Origin: Psammoneis japonica
Taxonomy: Eukaryota
Assembly: GCA_008632985.1 (NCBI GenBank)
Contig: QPGO01000053.1
Span: 62,001 to 126,000 of the forward strand
Direction: 5' to 3'
DNA length: 64,000 nt
Positions 12,281 to 24,491 of the stretch are shown one piece after another; position 1 is the stretch's first letter; each line of letters starts with the position of its first letter. Under the pieces are notes generated by a model. It saw nothing but the letters and a program-made list of their open reading frames with translations. It made no database searches and was not told the origin of the DNA. Both the position numbers and the translations under genes were made by a program.

Positions 12281-15200
12281 TGAAGTGCTGCCTCCATGAA
12301 AGAGCCAGCAAGCACGGTTTCTGTCAGGCAGCACTTTGCAGCAAAGTCACCCTTCAGAGTGCAGTTGGTTGTAAAAATGTGTTGCAAGTTAATGTGCTTG
12401 GCCTGCTTCATGCTGAACATCTGCCTGCTCTTTTTCAATGAGACAGTGCTGTCATTTTCCTGATGGAGACTTGTTTCTTTGATCTTGCCCTTTGCTCTCC
12501 ATGAAGTTCTTCTTGGTCCATGGCAGAGTCAGCATGCCATCATGCACTCCAACTGGTTCACTTTCACATTGAGCTCTCTGCTCTCCACGAAGTTCTTCTC
12601 AGTCCATGGCAGAATTGGCACTCTGTCATGCACTCCAACTGGCTGGCTTTCTGTTAAACTGCTGTGTGCTTGGCTTCTGCTTGGAGAAGCTGCTGATTGT
12701 GATGCCCCCTCTAAAAGTCATCGCTGCTCTCTGGTGGTGTGTCCTCTCATGTTGGGATGCACCACATGTGTGGCACATTAAACTGCCATTTGATTGCATC
12801 CAGCCCACCCACATTGAGCATGAGGGACAGACCCTTTGTGACTTTGACACCTCCTCTTGATTCAAGTGAGTTTCTTCCAGTTGTTGGCCCCAGGTTGCAG
12901 ATCCAGATGTGCAAGAATGATGTCTGGCCATGGTCCATCACAGGTCAGGCAGGTCAGGTTCAGCCATCTGTGAACAAAGGAAGAGCATCTTTTCCATGAT
13001 CAAGTGGAAGATTTCTTGCTTGGTGGCCATGTCCAATGTGCTCAGGGCTCTTTTTTTGTCCATGTCAAGCAAATGGCTCTCTGCTGAAGCAGGGCTTTTC
13101 CCATCCACTCCTGTCAGCGATGAGCAGATGTGCTCATTGACCAGCTGAAACATGCTTCAATGCAGGACAGTGGAGCCAACCAAATGTGCATGACAGGGGC
13201 AGATGTGTCCTCCTTGGATGCACATGATGTCCACTGTGGGCGGCCATCTGCACATCCTTGTCCCATGATGCAGCCACATCACTTCTGTTTCAGGAACACA
13301 AGGTGTCACAGTGCCCTCGTGTTGGCACTCATGGGGGCATCAGTGTGCCTCCATCACCTCTGCTTGCTCCATCCCCTCTCTTTACAATTGCTGCCTCCTT
13401 GCCCCTTTTTTCCAAGTGTCTTGAGCCCTTTTTTCATGGGATGTTGCTGTCTGCAGTTGTTGTTGAGCACAGGTTGAGGTGCAGGTGGTGTCATGATTCT
13501 GGGTTTCCACTGGTGCAAGCTGTGTGTCCTGGTGTGCTCACGCCATTTCTTGTCCATGTCCTTTTTAATGTTGGCCTTGTTGGCTTGGCTTTCTTTTTGT
13601 CTAACCTGCACCGTCTTGGCTCATCTCAGCACTGGCTGTGTTGCCCAGCAGTTCCTGGCTTCTTCCATGAGTTGGTCCTGTGCCCTGCCCCACCCATGAG
13701 CCAGTGGTTTTTGGTCCACTCCTGTGATTTGAGGGTTGCCATTGGATGCAATGTGATCGCTCACTCCTGCATTGATGCTGTTTTGTGAGGTGTCAGTCAG
13801 GTTGTCCAGGGTCTTGGCATCCAGTTGAAATGGCTTTGTGGTGGTCTCATTGTCAATGTCTGATCTGCAAATGATGGAAGCATCATGTCCTCAACATTGG
13901 GGTTTTCATCAGGGTCACAGTCGCCATCATTGCTGTTGTCATCAAGAGCAAGGTTTGTGGCTCAAGTCCTCCTGCTCATTTTTTTCAAAGAATTTTCAGA
14001 AATTGTGTCATTGATGGGATCACCATTGCAGCCCTGAAAGCTGCTCCCCTGTTGTGCCTTCTTGCTGCACCTTGCAATGTGATGGCAAACCTGATTGATC
14101 ATGACATCAGGAGTTGGCAGTGCCATCCAAAGAGCTTGGGCTTTTGGCCAGTGCATCTCCCCCCATCTCCACCTGCCTTGGGCATTGCCAGTTGGCTGCA
14201 GAGCAATTGCACCAATTGCATGGATGACCACGCTGTTGTCATGGTCTTCATGTTGTGACAGTGCAGTTGTGGTGTGCAATTTCTGCTGTGTGCAGCCAGC
14301 ACTCAAGTTAACTCAAACCTCCGCTGGCCCTGCTCAAATGGTCATTGGAGTCCATGCATGATCTTGCATGCCTTTTTCTGCACTTGGTTGGTGCTTTCAA
14401 GCAGTGTTTTTGTCTGCTGGTCAGACATGCACTCAACCATGGCTGAATGTGTGACCTCATCCAGCACGACAACACTTCCACCCTTGACCTGGGGGGGGGG
14501 GGGCTTTTTGTCAACTGTCTTGCCCTCAGTCAACCCAATGTTGGGGCCAAAGATGTGCTTTGAGGTGGTCATGTCTTGTGCTGTCACCAAGCAGTTTGTG
14601 ATCTCCTTGTTTTGAACAACACCATGAACTGGCCCTGTCTCATGCTGGGTCTGCCCATGGTCTTCTGGATCATTCTTGCAAGCTGCTCTTGCCAGACGGC
14701 CCATGCTGAGCACTGGGCCTTGTTTCTAGTGACCATCTTTGTGCCAGCATGACTGCTGGTCCCCATTGGCAGTGCACCATGGTGTCACAGAATTGCCAGC
14801 CTGTTGGCAACAGCTTGGGCTCTTGGGCCCTGCCTTTGTCTGTGTGCATGACTAAAGGCATTCAAGTCCTGTCCCCATGAGTCATGCGGTGCTTTTCTTT
14901 GACCTTGACCAGAGATGGCATGTTTGCAATTTAAACAGAGCAGTGTCACACTTTTCCACATCCAGGTGGAGTGCCCCAAGGGTTGGCACTGGTGATGCTG
15001 GCTGGTGACAGCAGTGCGGGGATGTCCAGCCAGCATCAATTTAACTTGCAAACATTGCTGAGCAAGCTGGCATTGACAAATGCATTGCATGTAGACTGCC
15101 TGTCCAGCAGCTTCCAGTTTGGGTCAACAGCACCATTGGATTGTCAGTGCTGGATGTGCAGACAGTCAGCTGACCCTCTTTTCTTGGCCTCCTTGGCAAC

Positions 15201-15900
15201 CACACAGAGTTGGAAGTTGCTGTTCTCTGATTTGCCACCATTGTTTGCAGCTTCCATGAAATTTGCTGTTTCTTGCTCATGTGCTGAACCAGCTGTTGTG
15301 TTGACATGCTTCTGTTCAGACAACTCCCCATTGTGTCATTCTCCAGACTGTCTGAGGCATGGCAGCCTTTCTTGCCACATTTGAGCACACAGTGTTTTTT
15401 GTGGATCAAACCCCCCCCGCCCCCCCCACCTTTCATTGTTGGAATTGTCACTGATGCTGGTGAGTGCTGCGCCATTGTCTCTTGTTGGCACAGAGTGCAG
15501 CATCTTGGGATGGTCTCACCACCAGTTGGACAACAACCATGCTGCGCAGGCTTGTGCCATGGCATTTGGGCATTTGCTGTTGTTCCCAGTTGAGCAACTG
15601 TTTTTGTTGGGAGCTCAATGCATCACACCACTGGGGCTCCCAGATGTCCTTCTCTGGCTTCCACCCAAGCAATCTTGTGCTCAGCTGCAGTTGTGAGCTC
15701 TCTGGCACAATTCCCTGTTGCAGAGTCCATGAAGAAGCCAATGGTTCACCTGGAGTTCATCTGTTGCAATGAAGCAAACAGAAAGGACAGCTCCCATCTT
15801 GGGCACAATGGGTTCCTTTGTAACCCCACAAAATGGAAAGATCATGTTTTCTGCCTGCAAACAGCCACAACTTTGCAACAGCATGGAACAAGTCTGGGAA
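11800..15900 (-). mobile_element. Degenerate, internally deleted Ty1/Copia (CoDi-like) LTR retrotransposon inside TpA-depleted block B (~10.8-16.6 kb)
   Basis: Motif remnants in Copia order on the minus strand: gag knuckle KCGKKGCHASD (~15350-15385); protease PNWKLLDRQSTCNAF (~15080-15125); ITNCLVTAQDMTTSKHIFGPNIGLTEGKTV; HEDHDNS..GAIALQPTGNAQG; VFLKQK..GQGCADGR; EIFHLIMEKMLFL; RNase H AKHINLQHIFTT; terminal QECVG. The RT core appears deleted. LTRs were not resolved. Confidence 0.85.
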
Positions 15901-17184
15901 ACTTGAAATTTGTCAAGCACCACACACACCACACAAAATGGTGTTGCTCAACTCAGTGACCACTGACATTGTCATCCCCCCCACACTGCGTGGGAGAAGA
16001 AGACCTGGCACACTCTGAGACACCACAATGACGCCATGGGGTCCAATTGATTTGACCTCCTGTTGTCAACAAAAGCACAAAGCACTGCCCGTCAAGTGTT
16101 TGGTGTGGATGCCATGAAGAGTGGATGGCACCATCTAAATGACACCCTCTGAGAGAGAAAACTGCAAAGACTCATTCCACAGGTTGCGCCGTTTAATGTT
16201 GTGGCCAACAACTTTTCAAGCAACAAGGGTTTGAAGATTGGAACAGTGGTGCATGCCCCCCTCCAGACATTGACAGAGAAGAGGCCTTTTCAGAGGTGTG
16301 GGTGGGCTTGCGGACATCTGTGCCAAAGGCAGCTCGGCAAATTGGGCCAGGCACAATGAAGCAAACTTGTTCTTGGAGAGCAGGATTGGGTGATGATCTG
16401 TGCGGGGCACCTCACCTTCAATGGTGATGTGCACATTGAGTGCAATGTCAACACATTCAAGGCATGTTCCGGTGCTCTCGTAATTGTGATGGATCAGACC
16501 CACCCTGACTTTGGAAAGGCTTTGGCAATTCGTGCACGCTGCAGCCGCGACGAATTGGGAATGAACATTGGATTCAAATTTGACGGTTCCTTCGAACGGG
16601 AAGAAGAATGGTAAAGTTTGGTTCATAGAGAGAACAGCAACCGGGAATAGCTTGCATATCCTACTATTTTATGATGCCGCACCTCTTTTTTGAATTGCTG
16701 TTAGTCTTAGACAAGAGTGCCTCAGATTCGTTCAGCGTTATCCTCGATTTCATAATTAGATGTACACGATAGTCATTGCAGTACCAACTCATGGCTAAAC
16801 TGTACCGTAGGAGCCGACGATGGTTCTACTATGACATTAGTTTCCCTGCTCTGAATCTAACAAAACAGAAAGAGCGAATCTGGGCCTTCCCTCACGCATG
16901 CAGGCAGATTCTTCTACTGTGCAGTATCGAAGAAGAGTCACCCGCCATGCCGACATACCTCTGCGATTGAGAAGCTTGAAGTGCGGAGGTCACGTGAATT
17001 TCAATGAAACCATGGCTAGTAGCCATAGGTATGCCTCTATGGTTTAGACGAACCTAGTGCACCACGTATTAAACAGAAGCAACATCTCGACTTCATCAAG
17101 CAGCATGTGCTGGTGCGTGACGGTGTTGGGAGCCTGCAACACACTTGCGGCGGTATCCCGTTGCTTTATCGATTTTTTGGGGTT

Positions 17185-18051
17185 TTACGAAGGTCTTTTC
17201 ATTTGAATTTGTGATTTCGTTGTGGATGTTGGCATTTCGATGCCAGCGACGCCATCCAGAACACGATATGTTTTTAGTATTTCCAAGCCTTCAATGACGC
17301 GATTACCATCTCCATCAAAAGCTCGGCGATATCGTCGTTTCACACGAGCCGCTCTCTGAATTCCGCCAAAAGAAATTCTAACAAGCTCGTCAAAACCAAA
17401 TCCTTGATCCGTCACAGGCTCTGCTCGTCTTTCTACAACTGCAAGCTCGACCATTTGTCCAGTTTTCATGTCCTTGTACCGTAATATGTTTGGCGATTCG
17501 CTTTCAGTAACTTCGACTGCTGCGTTTGCGCCTCGAGAAACAATTTCAAAGGCACGGTCCAACGTCGTCGCAGACTTGTTCTTGTTGAGGTTGAACTTTG
17601 TCAGGAATGTTTCAACTTGGTGTTCCTTGAAGAACGCCTTGTCGTCTGGAAATCCACCAAGTGCACTCCATGCTTGCTGGGCTTGAAACGTGTCCCCTTC
17701 GCATTTAGTAATGACGCGTTGACACTGCCAGACTCCTGCAATCGATGGTGGATAAAGAACATCTGGTTCTCTGGTTATGATTTGAATGTCGAGAGCGCCA
17801 CCAATCCCCTCGATTCTTCTCGTCATGGACCCTCCCATTCCTTCTATTGGAGAAGAAGAAGAAGGCGACGGTGCTGCTAGAGCAGCAGTTGGTACGATGA
17901 AGGCATTGATAGCAAGACCAAAACAGGTTCGTCGACCAATTACTTCAGGCAGGTCTTTGGAGGGACCCGCCGCATGCGTTGAATACGCTTGTGCAGCGCA
18001 ACACAAGCGCAGCATCATCAGGAGATAAATTGTTATTTTCAACAAAGCCAT
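17185..18051 (-). CDS. Conserved algal/cyanobacterial-type hypothetical protein (DUF6816-like), probably plastid-targeted
   Basis: 288-aa ORF with an N-terminal signal peptide, an RR-hydrophobic-AxA transit-like segment and a DVLYPPSIAGVWQC motif. Confidence 0.6.
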   Translation of the reverse strand: MALLKITIYLLMMLRLCCAAQAYSTHAAGPSKDLPEVIGRRTCFGLAINAFIVPTAALAAPSPSSSSPIEGMGGSMTRRIEGIGGALDIQIITREPDVLYPPSIAGVWQCQRVITKCEGDTFQAQQAWSALGGFPDDKAFFKEHQVETFLTKFNLNKNKSATTLDRAFEIVSRGANAAVEVTESESPNILRYKDMKTGQMVELAVVERRAEPVTDQGFGFDELVRISFGGIQRAARVKRRYRRAFDGDGNRVIEGLEILKTYRVLDGVAGIEMPTSTTKSQIQMKRPS

Positions 18052-18409
18052 TCTATCTAGAGAGTTGTCTGGTAGAAGGGCTCGGATTCTATACTGCTAT
18101 CGCCCACAGCAACGAGACAACCTACTTTACTAGACTAGAGAACTGTGACATTGAACATGAACGGGTGTCGTCAGGGCGGGGCACCAAAAAAAGATCTGTG
18201 AGCTAAAAAAATAGCGCGGGAAAGATCGCGGCCACACAGAAAAGGAGCCGAACGCCGATGCGGAACCCATGCATGCCGCCACGGACAACGCATCATTGCA
18301 TCCGAACCTTTGTTCTCCTTCATCTACCTCACCCTGACCTCACCTCGAAATCTGTTGAATTCTTCAGACGCATCATCCATCTGAAAACTATTACTATTGA
18401 TAAGAAATA

Positions 18410-19400
18410 ATGTCGTCTTTGGAAGAACTAGCGACAGAAATACCAGCCAGTCAACAACGCGAAGTCTCGTTTCTCACGTCTCTCGTGGCGGGCGGCATGG
18501 CAGGGACAAGCGTCGACGTGGCGCTCTTTCCCATTGATACAATTAAAACCCGTTTGCAAAGCCCTCAAGGGTTTGTTGCTGCCGGTGGTTTTCGAGGGAT
18601 TTATCGTGGCTTGGGAGCGGCTGCAGCAGGATCTGCTCCGGGTGCTGCACTGTTTTTCAGCACGTACGAGGTACGGTCCCATCATGTTGCAATTCGCAAA
18701 GACTGCAAACAAGAAGATTGAACAACAACTCACCTCATCATTGATACATTTATTGCAGACATTGAAACCAAAAATACTATCCATACAAAAAACCCACTTT
18801 GCAAATGACAACGAATCCATCTCGCACATGTTGGCCGCGTCGTGTGGAGAAGCCATGGCTTGCTTGGTGCGTGTTCCTACCGAGGTGGTCAAAGCAAAGA
18901 TGCAAACCCAGGCAAAAGGTGCCAACAATTTGACTTCCACGATACGACTAGTGCTGCAGGAGACCCATGGTAGTGCGCTTTCCAACGTGACGGGTGGTTT
19001 GTATCGCGGATATGGTATTACTTTAATGAGAGAAGTCCCCTTTGCGATGTTACAATTTCCGCTCTATGAACAGCTGAAAAAGAGTATAAGTGACCACTAT
19101 AAGCAAACAGAGGCAACACCATTGCAGGCGGCAGCATGTGGGTCGTTTTCAGGGGGCATTGCTGCCGCAGCGACAACGCCGTTGGATGTGATCAAGACTC
19201 GGCTGATGTTGGGGGCTGACAAAAACGGAAAGCAGTATCTAAATGCAGCCGATGTAATGAGACGTGTCGTATCAGAAGAGGGGGCTGCTACACTATTGAG
19301 TGGTATACAACCCCGTGTCATGTGGATATCCATTGGAGGATTTGTATTCTTTGGCGCCTACGAAGGGTTTCGCAGCGTCCTTACACCAATATTAGGATGA
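18410..19400 (+). CDS. SAMC: Mitochondrial carrier, S-adenosylmethionine carrier-like (SLC25A26/PET8); exons 18410-18670 and 18759-19400
   Basis: Three carrier repeats [20 protein letters not shown] and [10 protein letters not shown], plus [10 protein letters not shown] and [14 protein letters not shown]. The GT-AG intron is phase 0. Confidence 0.9.
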
Positions 19401-19660
19401 GTTGTCCAGTGTTCCACATTCTAGACTGCCAATATCCGAGCAAGTGTTATGCCTAACCTACCCACAGTTCTATAGAATAGAATAACGAAGTAAAACCGAA
19501 AGAAATGACAAACGATCATCATCGAAGATTATCTTTCGTACAAACGATTCTGTCCGTCGCCAGAATTTGGTCATTTTGGAATTTTTTTGCTCTTTTTGAA
19601 TACCGTAATCTCTTCAATCTTCGCAGAAACAACGCAGTCAGTGAAGATTGATTGACGGCA

Positions 19661-21302
19661 ATGGCGTCAGCAGAACAATCCTCGTCGGGAGATTGCGCTT
19701 TCTCCAGCCCTCAGCAGCACTATGGATCCCATTTTGATGTAAATCGCATTATGCAACATGACGAAGAGGGCACCCCGCTTTTATCAAACTCTAGACGACA
19801 AACAACGACACCTGCGGCTCTCTTTCTGGATGATGGAATCCAACAAAGTGAATCTACAAACTCCTTTGGTCACTTGGTTCCCATGACTCAAAGATGGTTC
19901 CCCAACCCGAGAGAAAATGAAGAAGAGGAGTGCTCTCTTCGAAGACGTATCTTCTTGCTCATGACGGAGCCGACGACATCCCTTGGCTCTGCAGTTTTCT
20001 TCACAATATTGATTCTCGCAATTTTCATGTCTAACATTCTCATGATTATGCAGACCATGGACGCCTTTCAGTTTACGCCCAGTGATTGCCGGAGTTGCGG
20101 TGGCTCTACTGTGTATGCTTTTGAAGATGATGAATATATGGCACCAACAAACCCGTCAATTCCTTGCGTTTGTCCGCCGACACCGATTCGCAACATTGTT
20201 ATCTGGGAAGACCGAATTGTTTACTTTTTTACAGTAGAATGGACACTACGGGTTCTCATGTTTGAGCCTCCACATTCCGAGCGTTCTCATACGCCTGGGG
20301 CGAGATTTTGTCAGTGAGTACTTCATGAATGTATCCTTTCCGACAATCAATGTTCTGTTGCAAGATCTAAGTATCACCCTTGGTTGTGAAAACAGGTGGT
20401 GGTCCTTCTTGAGTGAAACGACCACAATCATGGATGCCCTTGCAATCTTTCCATACTATGCGGAACGATTTGAAAAGACCAATGGTCTCATGTCGCTTCG
20501 TCTGATTCGACTCTTTCGTGTCTTTCAACTCGTGCGACTCGGACAGTACAATGCAACCTTCATGTCTCTTCGAGCCGTTCTATTCAAGGCAACGACCTAC
20601 TTTAAACTTTTAATTATTGTTCTATTGTTTGGGGCTGCGTTCTTTGGGAGTATGGTGTATTGGCTTGAAAAGGGTAAGTCGTGCTGGAGAGCCTACAAGA
20701 CACACTAGTTTCGTTTTTGCTCACAACGCACTGGGTGGCTGTAACGCGAGCAGGAGACTGGGAATACAATGAGGAAGCGGGCACCTACATGTTTATGCGA
20801 TCAGGAGCAGACGGAGTTTCCCGAGAGCCTTCTCCATTTACAAGTATCCCGGCAGCGTTCTGGTGGTTCTTGGTAACAGCAACCACAGTGGGATACGGCG
20901 GTGCGTTTATTGCTCTGCCTTTGCTGTGATCTTTCTCGTTTTGCAACATCGAAATCTTACAACGTCTGTTCTCCAGATACGTATCCAACATCCACTGGTG
21001 GCAAGTTGGTGGCTACGCTTACAATGCTGGCTGGCGTGTTGGTGATTGCCTTTCCCGTTTCTGTGTTTAGCGATTTGTGGTCCAAGGAATTGAAGGACCA
21101 CCAGGTGCTTCCCGACGGGACACCAAAAAGAGCATCCTCCATGACAAGCCCAGGCATTGACCAGCTTAGGAACCATGCAAAAGGACAACATCAGAGATTG
21201 AGTAGCGACGAGATTGCGGCCATTCAGTTTCATCTAAAGACTATTGACGAGAGTCAAAGACGGATACGAGGCATATTGAAGAAATGCCAGATTGACGCAT
21301 AG
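19661..21302 (+). CDS. Voltage-gated K+ channel (Kv-like, 6TM); exons 19661-20313, 20396-20673, 20754-20900, 20977-21302
   Basis: S4-like SLRLIRLFRVFQLVRLG, pore [22 protein letters not shown] (D formed across the splice) and S6 GVLVIAFPVSV. Three GT-AG introns preserve the frame. Confidence 0.92.
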
Positions 21303-21415
21303 ATCTCATCAAACGCAGATGTTACCACTAGGGATATACAAAATAGATTTCTAGCTAAGTGCCATGGGCAGCTGCCTGCATACATGATAAACAGAGCTGT
21401 CGACTGCACGTAGTA

Positions 21416-22480
21416 CTACGCATTCATCATTTCTCGTTCAAAGTTGCTCTCCTCCGATTCGGTGGACGGCACAATGGTAATTTGTTTCTCCGTCACAACT
21501 CGTTCCAGTTTCTGAACACGAGCGTGAAGAGAGGAATTCTTGGACTCGAGTTCAGACATGGCAGCCTTGATGGAATTGACGTTCATTGGCTTTCTTGTCG
21601 CATCCAGCAATCCCCTTGCCAGCTCCTCCAGTTCGTCGTCATCAAAAGCCTCACCTGTGCTACGTTTGATGACATAAAAGATATCATCAATCCTGCTCTC
21701 TTCTTTTGTCTCGCTGGCATTGTCGTCGTTGAGAATACTGCCAATGGACTTGCGCTTGGCATGCAGCTCCACCAGACTGCAATCCCTCACGGAAAGTGCC
21801 GCCGTCATGGACGCCAATAAACCATCCACGTCCGGACCCTGCACACGAAGCGCCGTTACACCATGCTTATCCGCATTAGACGCTTCAATAGTAAACTCAA
21901 ACTCGGACTCCTCGTTGAAGGCATCCAACTTAAGATTCGCCGAACGGGAGGTATCGATAAAGAAGAGATTCAAGAGTCCTAGCGTACACCCCAACATGAC
22001 GCCAACCAAGTTTCCCATCCACCTTGTGCGTTTCACGACAGGCAGAGTTCGCTGAGCGGCGGATAATCCTGACTTTGGCAATCCCAACGACGTGGCGAGA
22101 CGTTCCAGCGTTCCTCCAAAAATCACTCCAGACGCATCGCTACAAACCTGACCAAAGGCTGCCGCTGTGAGCGTGCTAAGTCCAAACGCAACGCCAAGTG
22201 TGCAGTCGATAGCGTTACCAGCCTGAAGCATAATTGTCTGATCCATGAAACCAAAGCCCAACATTGGAATTGCAGAATTCAGAAAGACTAAACGAAGCTG
22301 TTCTTTTGTGGGGGCATCGATTGCGCTGAAACTCGACGTGTCTTCCAGAATCGCTGTGGACTTGTTTCGTTTTGCAGTTGACAAATTTCGCTTCCTATGA
22401 GGAAATCTATGAAAGCTGCGACATAATCTGCGGCTCTGATTCAGGCCAAGGTGCCTGACGACAACGTGAGACGACGCCAT
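21416..22480 (-). CDS. TMEM65-family protein with C-terminal ACT-like segment and coiled coil; mitochondrial-type presequence
   Basis: Motifs AIPMLGFGFMDQTIMLQAGNAID, STLTAAAFGQ and GVMLGCTLG; Arg-rich N-terminus. Confidence 0.8.
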   Translation of the reverse strand: MASSHVVVRHLGLNQSRRLCRSFHRFPHRKRNLSTAKRNKSTAILEDTSSFSAIDAPTKEQLRLVFLNSAIPMLGFGFMDQTIMLQAGNAIDCTLGVAFGLSTLTAAAFGQVCSDASGVIFGGTLERLATSLGLPKSGLSAAQRTLPVVKRTRWMGNLVGVMLGCTLGLLNLFFIDTSRSANLKLDAFNEESEFEFTIEASNADKHGVTALRVQGPDVDGLLASMTAALSVRDCSLVELHAKRKSIGSILNDDNASETKEESRIDDIFYVIKRSTGEAFDDDELEELARGLLDATRKPMNVNSIKAAMSELESKNSSLHARVQKLERVVTEKQITIVPSTESEESNFEREMMNA

Positions 22481-22863
22481 GGTCGTTTCTCTTCTTTCTC
22501 ACAAGAACTGCTGAAAAATTCTGACGAACTTTACTTTGTGAGCGACGCAAGCGCAGGAGTATCTTTCGTGATGTGGCATCAGGAAACTGAATTTGGAATC
22601 TTCTAGATTCCGGATTCCATTAATTTGCCCGTTAAAATTTCAAAAAACAAAACGGCCAAAGATACCGTTGTGCGAACACCAAAAATAAATTATATTCAGC
22701 ATCGAATAAAAGCAAACCCAAGATCACTCCGCAAACGGCATGTTGCTGATGTTTCGTCACAAAGGAGCCAAAGACACACACTCATCGGCCGGTAGGTCCT
22801 TTTGGTTCTGGTTTCAACGCTAATGCCCTGAACTCTTATCTGTCTACAATATAAGCACTTAGC

Positions 22864-23757
22864 ATGAAATCCATCAGTTCTCAGCTATTGTTCTGTGTGT
22901 TACACGCCAACGTGTTTGTCGTCAATGGCTTTGTTGTTCCGACGTCTAAGCTTTTCACGGGAAATGGCGGCATCACCAACAATCACGTATATCGCATGGC
23001 TTCTCCTCAAAACGAACAAGATGAAGATGAAGTTGTCGACTTGGTACCGCAACCATATTTCAAAGAGCTCTGGGAAAAGTTAAGACCAGTTACTGTGCAA
23101 GGAGGAGGTGCCCTCCGAACATGGTCTCTGCCCAATGATGATTGCGAATTTGTGGAAGTGCTCATGAAGACTGATGATCGTAGTCTCAACACAAATATTC
23201 AAGTATGGCAGGGTCCAAACAATACTCCCCAGACAATGAAGATTTATGATAGTTGGGGAGACAAGCGTCCCATTCGTACCATCATTCCGACTCCTGCCAA
23301 AGAGTCTCATGCGATTGCTATTCGCAACATTGGACCCTTGGAATATCCTGTGCGAGCCTGTGTTGAACCAGATGTTGACGGATCCATGGGTCTTGCGGAT
23401 CTTGTTGACTTTTTGTGGCAGGACCAAAAGGCTCTCAAAATATTACAAGGCGGCTCTACTATGCTTTACCCGTTTGATCGAAGTGTTTCCAGTGTGCAAA
23501 TTTTGATAAAGACAGATGGCCGACCTTGTGAGGCAAGAATTGAGTTGTTGCAGGGTCCGAACGAAATTAAAATTTCAGTCCAGTACTACGCACAGGATGG
23601 ATTCTCTCGCCCATGCTATTTGGTATTTCAGACTCCGGGCGATGGAAACGTTGTTCGAATCGTCAACACGGCACCAAACACTGAGTTTCCCTTTTATGCG
23701 GCAGTGGAACCATACAGGATAGGTGACGATGAATACACGCTTTTTGAGCCTTTTTAA
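22864..23757 (+). CDS. PyShell/Shell-like pyrenoid shell protein homolog (two internal repeats), bipartite plastid presequence
   Basis: Repeat 1 VQGGGALRTWS...KTDDRSLNTNIQVWQGPNN...AIRNIGPLEYP; repeat 2 LQGGSTMLYPF...KTDGRPCEARIELLQGPNE...GNVVRIVNTAPNTEFP. The signal peptide ends NG|FVVP (ASAFAP-like). Family recognised from memory. Confidence 0.75.
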   Translation: MKSISSQLLFCVLHANVFVVNGFVVPTSKLFTGNGGITNNHVYRMASPQNEQDEDEVVDLVPQPYFKELWEKLRPVTVQGGGALRTWSLPNDDCEFVEVLMKTDDRSLNTNIQVWQGPNNTPQTMKIYDSWGDKRPIRTIIPTPAKESHAIAIRNIGPLEYPVRACVEPDVDGSMGLADLVDFLWQDQKALKILQGGSTMLYPFDRSVSSVQILIKTDGRPCEARIELLQGPNEIKISVQYYAQDGFSRPCYLVFQTPGDGNVVRIVNTAPNTEFPFYAAVEPYRIGDDEYTLFEPF

Positions 23758-24491
23758 CTGTCGAGACATCCATATGTCCTGGGGTAATTTAGGGCAGCTG
23801 CTGGCTAGCTAGACTACGGCGCTTCTGTATATGGGTTTCATAAATTTAAGTCTACAACAATAATGTGTCGTCGTTTTCATTTCTCCGAGCTGAAACTGTC
23901 TTTGCCAAGTGCTATGGTTCCCTTTGAATTGCGATAGGCAGCAAGTAGGATGGCTAACATGATCAAACAATGCAGAATGATAGAAGACAGCTTAGGGTGG
24001 TATGATAGTCAATTTCACAGCGAACGCTCCCCGCCATGCAAGAAGTTAGGACCCTACCGGTGAACGATGGGCCTGCTCCTAGCTAGCTCCCACTTGCACC
24101 TCTAGGACAGAAGGTACACTTTGAATTTGCACAGAGTGTGATGGCTCGTCAAAACTTATAGTTTTGGAGGATCCTGGCCTGTACCGGTACTGCATGCCTG
24201 TGCGTGCCGAACTAACAGTTCACTCAGCTAAATTGCGCCGACGAGCGCACAGAAACCGCGCGGATGGGCCGTCGGAGGGAAGTTTTGACACAGAAACTCC
24301 GCAAGAGGCCGTTTTTTCAAGTTGTCAACGAACACTAACACGAGAACAACAAAGAAAGCACCGCAGCGTCAAGATGAGAATGCCAAGAGACAGGGTTCTC
24401 TTTCTGTTGATGGCTGTTATGTAAGAAGATTCTCATGTTTCGACATTTTCATAAATACAAATTTGATGTCTCACCGTTGTTCCCGTCGACC

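Noticed and set aside
10800..16610. Classical RIP, CpG decay alone, or sequencing artefact as the cause of the block composition
   Set aside because: RIP increases TpA and CpG decay does not remove it. The paralog alignment shows specific TA-to-TG/CA changes, and adjacent genes are clean with sharp boundaries.
16200..16626. Copia 5' LTR or a separate small gene at the right edge of block B
   Set aside because: I could not find a matching LTR at the other end or a recognisable domain, so it is left unannotated.
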